The translations under genes were made by a program, and so were the position numbers. 36,615 bases of DNA from Rhodospira sp. (GTDB lineage Bacteria; Pseudomonadota; Alphaproteobacteria; Rhodospirillales; Rhodospirillaceae), in contig JANQGN010000520.1 in the NCBI GenBank assembly GCA_028277295.1, positions 1-36,615 of the forward strand. Direction: 5' to 3'. Positions 29,719-36,615 of the stretch are shown piece by piece. Each line of letters begins with the position of its first letter. Positions within the stretch are counted from its first letter, which is position 1. The notes under the pieces are model-generated. The model worked only from the letters and a program-made list of their open reading frames with translations, ran no database searches and had not been told where the DNA came from.

Positions 29719-30065
29719 TTCCATGGCTGGTCTCAAGATACCGAGGGACGCGCGACATGTGGACCGAAGTCACTCGCCCACAGTATGAGGCGGACGGACC
29801 GGCGCTCCGAATGTCAACATGCTCTAGAGCAAATCCCGAGCGATCCGGAACGGATCGCGACGACGATTTGCTTCAATATCAATACATTAGGGCGTTTTCG
29901 ACGATTCAGTTGCCGGCGAAAACGCCCTAGCTGCCGGCGCCTCGCCAAGGATTGGGAGGAAATCATTCAGAGCGGGGAAGCATGGCGCCTGCTCGCCCAC
30001 ATCCGCCGTGTCACCCGCCTCCTCGCAAAACCCTGATATGCCTCACGGAGTTTCAAGGCAGACTC
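29676..30065 (+). mobile_element. Internally deleted IS5-family (IS1031-like) relic 2 with TGA target duplication
   Basis: TGA flanks both sides (29673-75, 30066-68). Contains transposase start MWTEVTRPQYE..G and end CRRLAKDWEE.IQS..AW.LLAHIRRVTRLLAKP*. Right arm closely matches 18279-18411. Confidence 0.8.
29824..29930 (+). repeat. CTAG-bounded palindromic mosaic element, copy 4 (intact, 107 bp), nested in the IS relic
   Basis: CTAGAGCAAATC...GATTTGCTTC-AATATCAATACAT-TAGGGCGTTTTCG...CGAAAACGCCCTAG. Confidence 0.85.
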
Positions 30066-30078
30066 TGAGATGCGGCCC

Positions 30079-31245
30079 CTACCGCCGCGGCCAGGTCCAG
30101 GCGGCGAACGCCGAGGCATCCGCAATTGTCTCGCCGGTATCCTTGTACAGTTCGATGAGGCTGGCGCCGGCGTCCCGCAAACTCCGGACCAAGGTCCTCT
30201 CGTGGGAGACCACAATCACCTGACCATCGTCGCTCGTCCGGGCGATCAAGGCCGCCAGCGCCGGAATGAGGTCGCCGTGAAGGCTGGTCTCGGGCTCGTT
30301 GACCACCAGCAGCGGCGCGGGGCGGGGCGTCAGCAAGGCGACCGCGAGCAACAGGAAGCGCAGCGTGCCGTCGGACAGCTCCGAGACGGCCAGCGGCCGC
30401 AGCATCCCGCGTTGAGACATGAAGAGTTGGAACAAACCACCATCCACGCCGACCTCAAGGTGAGCCCCCGGAAACGCCTGCTCGACGGCGGTATCAAGCG
30501 CGCCGCCATCGCCGATCTCACGAATGGTCTGGACGGCGGCGGCCAGGTCGGCACCCGTGGGCGACAAGGCCGTGGTGCGGGTTCCCACCTGCGACCGGCG
30601 CGCCGGCGCGGCGTCGTCGGTGCGAAAATGGTCGTAAAACCGCCACGTCCCCAGCCGTTCGCGCAGATAGGCGACCTCCCAGGGCGCGTTCGGCCCGACC
30701 AGGTGACGCACCAGGGAGTCGTAGGGCCTCATGTCCGTGCGAATGGCCTGTAAGCCGCCCACCGCGCCTCCGGCCGCGCCACGCGCCTGAACACGGGGAC
30801 CGCGCCGATCGGCGATGACGCGGGCTGGCGTCGGCTTCTCCCCGGCCCAGACAACCTCGCGCTTGATCTCCGGATCGCCATTGAACAGGGATGTGCCCAG
30901 TGGAACCGGCAGGCCCAGTTCGATGGCATAGGACAGGTCGTCCTCGGCGAACCCCAGTTTCAGGGCCACCGGCTTGCGGCGGACCGTGCCCTGGATTGGG
31001 GTCGAGCCATCCCGCATGCCGGTCGAGATCGTCTCGGGTCCCGCCCACCGCACGCCTGCGAAGCCACCCTCACGCGCGAGGGATCCGATAATGCGGTCAT
31101 CCGCGATGTCGGCCAGAAGGCGAAGGGACCGATAGACACTCGACTTCCCGGTCCCATTCGCCCCCGTGATGACCGTCAACGCGGACAGTGGCAGAACGAC
31201 GTCCCGCAGGGATCGATAGCCGGAGATGGCAACGGTCGTGATCAA
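30079..31245 (-). CDS. ABC/SMC-like AAA ATPase (COG4637-type)
   Basis: I.GYRSL, Walker A GANGTGKS, signature ELSDGTLRFL, Walker B variant LLVVNEPETSLH, H-loop VVSH. TTG start after GGAG. Confidence 0.85.
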   Translation of the reverse strand: MITTVAISGYRSLRDVVLPLSALTVITGANGTGKSSVYRSLRLLADIADDRIIGSLAREGGFAGVRWAGPETISTGMRDGSTPIQGTVRRKPVALKLGFAEDDLSYAIELGLPVPLGTSLFNGDPEIKREVVWAGEKPTPARVIADRRGPRVQARGAAGGAVGGLQAIRTDMRPYDSLVRHLVGPNAPWEVAYLRERLGTWRFYDHFRTDDAAPARRSQVGTRTTALSPTGADLAAAVQTIREIGDGGALDTAVEQAFPGAHLEVGVDGGLFQLFMSQRGMLRPLAVSELSDGTLRFLLLAVALLTPRPAPLLVVNEPETSLHGDLIPALAALIARTSDDGQVIVVSHERTLVRSLRDAGASLIELYKDTGETIADASAFAAWTWPRR

Positions 31246-31626
31246 GACGATGGCTCCGCCCCATGCACGTCTCAAGACTGCCGCGACACGGCAGCCGGTC
31301 CCAGGATGATCTGTTTGTCCGGAGATCCCGGATCTGTCACGTCTTTTTTGGGCAGACCAGGACGTTCCGTGCGACAAAAGGGAGCTATCCAGGATTTTGA
31401 GCGGCCGGCTTTTTACAGTGTGTTTTTGGCGGTTTCGCTCAGTCAGGTCAGGGCGCCCCTGGTCGAGGTCCATGTCTCCAGGCTGGAGAGGACGGTGAGG
31501 ACCGGCGCGTCCTTCGTTCCCAGGGCATCGTGGGGCCCAGAGCATCATGGGGCGGTTTCTGGTTCGGCAGGCGTGTCTCGCCGATCTGCTTCAGGCCACC
31601 CAGCGGGAAACCAGAACCGAGACCGA

Positions 31627-31659
31627 AGAACGGCGGCGACCAGGGGCCACCGCCGTTCT
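31627..31659 (-). terminator. Probable terminator of the aceA operon
   Basis: AGAACGGCGG...CCGCCGTTCT 10-bp perfect stem (extendable) about 30 nt after the stop at 31688. Confidence 0.6.
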
Positions 31660-31687
31660 CCGTTTCAGCGCCTGGAGGAGACAGACA

Positions 31688-31927
31688 TCAGCGCCTGTTG
31701 GGCAAGGCCACCGCCGGGGTCATCTGGTCGCCCCAGGCGCCCTGGCCGCCATGGTGGCGGCGCGAGCGGTGCAACTCGACGGTGAACCCGGCGTCAACGG
31801 CGGCGGCGATCGCCGCGTTCAGGCGCTCGGACTCCTCCGCCACGCGGCGGAGGGCCTCTTCACTCTGGAGCGGGAGGGGGCGGACCCCGCCCCCCGCGAT
31901 CGCGACGACGTCCAAGGTCTGCATCAC
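31688..31927 (-). CDS. SMc00767-like small protein (aceA-associated acetate metabolism regulator)
   Basis: RLN.A...AV.AG..VEL.RS.RHHGG.G.WGD...P pattern, and position directly after aceA, recalled from the Sinorhizobium meliloti aceA operon. Confidence 0.75.
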   Translation of the reverse strand: MMQTLDVVAIAGGGVRPLPLQSEEALRRVAEESERLNAAIAAAVDAGFTVELHRSRRHHGGQGAWGDQMTPAVALPNRR

Positions 31928-31941
31928 CTGTCCTCCTTCGC

Positions 31942-33570
31942 CTATTCGGCGGCCGTTTCGAACTGACTCATGGTGTTCTTAGCGCCTCCGGCCTTCAGCG
32001 CGCGATCGCCCGCGACCATTTCCTTGAAGGTGTCGCCCAGATCGCTGCCCACCTCGTGCTGATGCTTCACGGCGCTCACGCTCCGGCGGATTTCCTCGCG
32101 CTGGATGGTGTTGACGTAGGCCAGCATGCGGTCCTCGCCGAAGTAGCCGCGCGACAGTTCGTCGGTGCCCTTGGCGGTCAGGTGGAAGGTCGGCAGGGTG
32201 ATCAGGTTGTGGAACACGCCGGCCTTGGCGGAGATGTCCCCCTGGAAGCGGCGCAGACGCTCGTCCGCCTCGCGACCCAGGTCGGTGGCGTCGAACGCGG
32301 GGGTCATCAGGGCGGCACCGTCCGGGTAGGTGTCCTCGGTGATCGTGCCCGCGGCGATCCAGTCGGCGCGCACCTGCTTGCGCAGGTTGAGCGTCCAGTT
32401 AAAGGACGGCGAATTGTTGTAGACCAGCTTGGCATGGGGCACGACTTTACGGACCTCGTCCACCATGCCGGCGATCTCGGCCACGTTGGGGGTGGCGGTC
32501 TCGATCCACAGCATATCAGCGCCGCCCACCGTCAGGCTGGCGATGCAGTCCTCGATGACGCGCGCGCGACCGGTGTTCTCCTGGAACTGGAACAGGCCGT
32601 TGGGCAAGCGCAGCGGGCGCATCACCTGGCCGTTCCACTGGATGGCCATCTCGCCGTCGGCCAGCGGGGCATCCGGCGTGACCGGCTCCATCTTCAGCCA
32701 CTTGATGTACTCGGCGGCCAGATCGCCGGGAGCCTGGGAGACCGGGATCTTCTGGGTCAGGCTGGCGCCCAGGCTGTCGGTGCGGGCGACTATGACGCCG
32801 TCGGCGACACCCAGTTCCTCGAACGCCAGGCGGCAGGCGCGCAGCTTCTCGATGAAGTCCTCGCGCGGCACGGTCACCTTGCCGTCCTGGTGGCCGCACT
32901 GCTTGGCATCGGAGACCTGGTTCTCGATCTGCAGGCAGCAGGCGCCGGCCTTGATCAACTCCTTGGCCAGCAGGTAGGTGGCGTGCTCGTTGCCGAAGCC
33001 GGCGTCAATGTCGGCAATGATCGGCACCACGTGGCTTTCGAAGCCGTCAATGCGGGCGATGATGGCGTCAATCTGGTCCCGCGGCGCGTTGCCGGCGCGA
33101 GCGGTCTTCAGCTCCTTGAACAGGTCATTCAGGGCCACCTCGTCGGCCTGCCGCAGGGAGACGTAGATCTCCTGGATCAGGTCGGCCACGGCGGTCTTCT
33201 CGTGCATGCTCTGGTCCGGCAGATGACCGAAGCGGTTGCGCAGGCCGGCGACCATCCAGCCGGACAGATAGACGTAGGCGCCCTTGGCGGTGCCGTGCAG
33301 GCGCTTGACGGCCTTGATCATCTGCTGGGCATGGAACCCGGACCAGCAGCCCAGGGACTGAGTGAAGTTCGACGAGTCGGCATCGTAGGCGGCCATGTCG
33401 GCGCGCATCACCGAGGCCATGTCGCGCGCGATATCCAGATGGGTCGCGTAGGTGTTCTGGATGCGGAGCTGCACGATGTGATCCACGTCCAGGCCGCCGG
33501 GCACCCGACCGTCCGGGTAGCGGGCCAGGATCTCGTCGCGGATCTCGGAATAGGTCTTACGGGGGGACAT
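31942..33570 (-). CDS. aceA: Isocitrate lyase (long, ~540-aa type)
   Basis: YLSGW.VA, LPDQS, PIIADIDAGFG, catalytic KQCGHQDGK, VARTDS, WIET, YNNSPSFNW, ITLPT.H. Confidence 0.96.
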   Translation of the reverse strand: MSPRKTYSEIRDEILARYPDGRVPGGLDVDHIVQLRIQNTYATHLDIARDMASVMRADMAAYDADSSNFTQSLGCWSGFHAQQMIKAVKRLHGTAKGAYVYLSGWMVAGLRNRFGHLPDQSMHEKTAVADLIQEIYVSLRQADEVALNDLFKELKTARAGNAPRDQIDAIIARIDGFESHVVPIIADIDAGFGNEHATYLLAKELIKAGACCLQIENQVSDAKQCGHQDGKVTVPREDFIEKLRACRLAFEELGVADGVIVARTDSLGASLTQKIPVSQAPGDLAAEYIKWLKMEPVTPDAPLADGEMAIQWNGQVMRPLRLPNGLFQFQENTGRARVIEDCIASLTVGGADMLWIETATPNVAEIAGMVDEVRKVVPHAKLVYNNSPSFNWTLNLRKQVRADWIAAGTITEDTYPDGAALMTPAFDATDLGREADERLRRFQGDISAKAGVFHNLITLPTFHLTAKGTDELSRGYFGEDRMLAYVNTIQREEIRRSVSAVKHQHEVGSDLGDTFKEMVAGDRALKAGGAKNTMSQFETAAE

Positions 33571-33731
33571 TGTGCTCGCTCCTTCAAACATTGCTGGGGT
33601 GATCGGATAGCCGGGCCTGACCCGGCAGGGTCAGGAATGGAGCCGGGGGCTCGGCCACGCACGGCTCCAGGAACAGATCGCGGGCGGCGTCGAAGCGCCC
33701 GGGCTCGCCAGGGGCGGCGACATCCATCGGG

Positions 33732-36008
33732 TCAGGCCGCGTCCGCCTGCCTCAGGCCGCGCGCCGCCGCCACGAGGTTTTCCAGGCTGGCCTTGACCTC
33801 GGACCAGCCCCGGGTTTTCAGGCCACAGTCCGGATTGACCCACAGATGGTCGCGCGGCAGCACCTTGGCGGCCTTGTCCAGCAGCCGGCGCATCTCGTCC
33901 ACCGGAGGCACGCGAGGCGCATGGATGTCCCACACCCCCGGGCCGATCTCATTCGGGTAGTGGAAGTCAACAAAGGCATCCAGCAACTCCATGTCCGACC
34001 GCGAGGTCTCGATGGAGATCACGTCCGCGTCCAGGGCGGCGATGGACGGCATGATGTCGTTGAACTCGCAGTAGCACATATGAGTGTGAATCTGCGTGCC
34101 GTCGGCCACGCCCGAGGCGGCCAGACGGAAGCATTCCACGGCCCAGGCCAGGTAGGTGTCCCAGTCGGCCTTGCGTGGCGGCAGGCCCTCGCGCATCGCC
34201 GGCTCGTCGATCTGAATAACGCGGATGCCGGCCGCCTCCAGGTCCCGCACCTCGTCGCGGATGGCCAGGGCGATCTGACGGCAGGTCCGCGCGCGCGGGA
34301 TGTCGTCGCGCACGAACGACCATTGCAGGATGGTCACGGGACCGGTGAGCATGCCCTTCATGGGCCGGTCGGTGAGCGACTGGGCATAGCGCGCCCAGTC
34401 CACCGTCATGGGGGCCGGCCGCGAGACGTCACCGAAGATCACCGGCGGCTTCACGCAGCGCGACCCATAGGACTGCACCCAGCCGTTGCGGGTGAACGTA
34501 AAGCCCGACAGGTGCTCGCCGAAGTACTCCACCATGTCGTTGCGCTCGAACTCGCCATGGACCAGCACGTCCAGGCCCAGGTCCTCCTGAATGCGGATGG
34601 TTCGCTCGGTCTCCGCCTTCAGGAAGGCGTCATAGGCGGCCTGGTCGATGTCGCCCCGGCGGAAGGCGGCGCGCTTCTGGCGCACTTCGGGTGTCTGCGG
34701 GAACGAGCCGATGGTGGTGGTGGGAAAGGCCGGCAACCCAAGTCGGGCGCGCTGGGCGGCCTGGCGCACCGGAAACGGGCTGGCGCGTTCGGCGTCGCCT
34801 GGCGTCACATCGGCCAGCCGCGCGGTCACGGTGGCATCATGGATGCGCGGGGAGGCGCGACGGGCGGCGGCGGCGTCCGAACTGGCCGTCAGCGCGTCGG
34901 CGACGGCCGCGCGGCCATCCCGGGCGGCCGTGGCCAGGGTCGCCACCTCGCCCAGCTTCTGGACCGAAAACGCCATCCAGGACCGCACCTCGGCGTCCAG
35001 ATCCGTCTCCAGGTCCAGGTCCACCGGCGTGTGCAGCAGCGAGCAGGAGGGCGCGACCTGCACCCGGTCTCCCCCCAGCCGCGCGACGGCGGTTTCCACC
35101 GGTCCCAGCGCGGCCTTCAGGTCGGCGCGCCAGACGTTGCGGCCGTCGACCACGCCCAGCGACAGCACGGTGTCCGCCGACAGGGAGTCCAGCACGGCGT
35201 TCAGTTGATCCGGCGCGCGCACCAGGTCCACATGCAGGCCGTCGACCGGCAGACTGGTGGCCAGGTCGGTGTTGTCGCGCAAACCATCGAAGTAGGTGGC
35301 CACCATCAGCCGGGGTCCGACCCCGGACAACACCGCATAGGCGCGGGCAAGGGCATCACGCTGCGCCGGTGTCAGGTCCAGGGACAGGACCGGTTCATCC
35401 ATCTGCACCCAGTCGGCGCCCGCGGCCACCAGTTGCCGGAGCAGGTCCTCGTAGACCGGCAGCACGGAGGACAGCAGCGACAGCGGATCGAAACCGGGAT
35501 CCTTCGCCTTGCCCAGGGACAGCCAGGTGACCGGGCCGATCAGCACCGGGCGGGTCTGGATGCCCAGCGCCTGGGCCTCGGTGACCTCGTCGACGGCCTT
35601 GGTGGTGGACAGGGCGAACCGCTGCCCGGCGTGCAACTCGGGCACGATATAGTGGTAGTTGGTGTCAAACCACTTGGTCATCTCCATGGCCGGGGCGGTG
35701 TCGGTGCCGCGCGCCATGGCGAACAGGGTCCCGAGGTCGACCGGCCCGCCGTCGTGCCCGAAGCGGGCCGGCACCGCGCCCAGCGCCGCCGTCATGTCCA
35801 GCACCTGGTCATAGAACGAGAAGTCGTTGGAGGGGATCACGTCGATCCCGGCGTCCCGCTGCGCGGCCCAGTGCCGGGCGCGCAGGTCGGCGGCGGCGGC
35901 CAGCAGGCCGGCGTGGTCGCGTTGGCCCTTCCAGAAGGCTTCGGTGGCCGTCTTCAACTCACGGCGGGCGCCGATGCGGGGAAAGCCGAGATTGGCGGAG
36001 CGTGTCAT
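33732..36008 (-). CDS. metE: Cobalamin-independent methionine synthase
   Basis: LGFPRIG..RELK, EMTKWFDTNYHY, PTTTIGSFPQT, HGEFERNDMVEYFGE, HTHMCY, WVNPDCGLKTR. Confidence 0.97.
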   Translation of the reverse strand: MTRSANLGFPRIGARRELKTATEAFWKGQRDHAGLLAAAADLRARHWAAQRDAGIDVIPSNDFSFYDQVLDMTAALGAVPARFGHDGGPVDLGTLFAMARGTDTAPAMEMTKWFDTNYHYIVPELHAGQRFALSTTKAVDEVTEAQALGIQTRPVLIGPVTWLSLGKAKDPGFDPLSLLSSVLPVYEDLLRQLVAAGADWVQMDEPVLSLDLTPAQRDALARAYAVLSGVGPRLMVATYFDGLRDNTDLATSLPVDGLHVDLVRAPDQLNAVLDSLSADTVLSLGVVDGRNVWRADLKAALGPVETAVARLGGDRVQVAPSCSLLHTPVDLDLETDLDAEVRSWMAFSVQKLGEVATLATAARDGRAAVADALTASSDAAAARRASPRIHDATVTARLADVTPGDAERASPFPVRQAAQRARLGLPAFPTTTIGSFPQTPEVRQKRAAFRRGDIDQAAYDAFLKAETERTIRIQEDLGLDVLVHGEFERNDMVEYFGEHLSGFTFTRNGWVQSYGSRCVKPPVIFGDVSRPAPMTVDWARYAQSLTDRPMKGMLTGPVTILQWSFVRDDIPRARTCRQIALAIRDEVRDLEAAGIRVIQIDEPAMREGLPPRKADWDTYLAWAVECFRLAASGVADGTQIHTHMCYCEFNDIMPSIAALDADVISIETSRSDMELLDAFVDFHYPNEIGPGVWDIHAPRVPPVDEMRRLLDKAAKVLPRDHLWVNPDCGLKTRGWSEVKASLENLVAAARGLRQADAA

Positions 36009-36367
36009 GGGGAGCCTCTATTGGTGAGCAGGGTGTTGGCGTTGGCCGTCGGGGCGTAGCGGGCGACATGGCCCAGCAGGTCCAGCACACGACGCTGGTC
36101 CATCGTCGAACACGCGCCCGGTCCCGTCTCCGCCAGGCGGGCCAGCAGCGACCGCGCGGCCAGGGGGGGCGACACGGACGGCGGCAGGATGGCCAGCCAG
36201 GCCACCATCAGCGTGTCGGGCGTGTGCGGCCCGGGCTGCCCATGCCAAAGCCAGGACTCGATCAGACCGCCGGGGTCGTCCCAGGACTCCCGCGTCCGGC
36301 GGACGCCGGACTCAGGGGGGCCCGAGGTGGCGGGGACGCCCCGGGACTCGCGGTCGGGACAGGTCAC
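36005..36367 (-). CDS. Hypothetical protein overlapping both prk and metE
   Basis: GTGA overlap with the prk stop and ATGA overlap with the metE start; GC-rich third positions in the 3' two thirds; no recognised domain. Confidence 0.55.
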   Translation of the reverse strand: MTCPDRESRGVPATSGPPESGVRRTRESWDDPGGLIESWLWHGQPGPHTPDTLMVAWLAILPPSVSPPLAARSLLARLAETGPGACSTMDQRRVLDLLGHVARYAPTANANTLLTNRGSP

Positions 36368-36615
36368 GCCGCGCGGGCCCGGCTGGCGCGGTCCACCAGG
36401 CGGTGGATCATGGGGGTCAGGATCAACTGCATCGCCAGGTCAAGCTTGTTGCCCGGGATGACGATGGAATTGGCCCGCGACATCCAGCTGTTCTGGATCA
36501 TCGCCGTCAGGTAGGAAAAATCGATCCCGCGCGGGTCCTTGAACCGGATCACCACCAGGGACTCGTCGGCCGTGGGGATCCAGCGCGCCGCGAAGGGATT
36601 GGAGGTGTCCACCAC
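36364..36615 (-). CDS. prk: Phosphoribulokinase, C-terminal fragment (runs off window end)
   Basis: VDTSNPF.ARWIPT.DES.VVIRF..PRGIDF.YL..MI..SWMSRANSIVIPG.K.DLAMQLILTP. Confidence 0.93.
   Translation of the reverse strand: MVDTSNPFAARWIPTADESLVVIRFKDPRGIDFSYLTAMIQNSWMSRANSIVIPGNKLDLAMQLILTPMIHRLVDRASRARAA

Noticed and set aside
36254-36349. Four GGACTC hexamers at 24-36 nt spacing
   Set aside because: Irregular spacing and little flanking similarity; explained by repeated Glu-Ser codons in the ORF.
36005-36367. Cobalamin riboswitch upstream of metE
   Set aside because: No B12-box or GGGAA/GCCCCCGC core found by eye; the region is an open frame overlapping both neighbours.

Overview
High-GC bacterial chromosome segment, probably an alphaproteobacterium of the Rhodospirillaceae type (inferred from gene style). 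Left to right: the 3' end of a CoxM-like FAD subunit; a hicAB toxin-antitoxin pair inserted before coxD-coxE; a rearranged Sia c-di-GMP module (siaB-siaC-siaD, then a periplasmic binding protein coupled to a SiaA-like PP2C phosphatase); phoX; a Tat-signal rubredoxin; a ~1730-aa hybrid kinase; an ECF sigma factor with a small anti-sigma-like gene; fghA-frmA (formaldehyde detoxification); a flagellar cassette containing only distal parts (flgD-flgE-orf-orf-flgK-flgL divergent from fliC-fliD-fliS); a COG4637-type ATPase; and prk-orf-metE followed by aceA and an SMc00767-like gene. Non-coding DNA holds two co-oriented IS5-family (IS1031-like) relics bracketing the frm/flagellar block, three copies of a ~99-bp MITE, four copies of a CTAG-bounded palindromic mosaic element (some nested) and a GTAG-type REP pair. 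The best candidates for undescribed biology are the binding-protein-fed Sia circuit, the basal-body-less flagellar cassette and the phoX / exported-rubredoxin pair. All calls come from motif recognition by eye; no database search was run.
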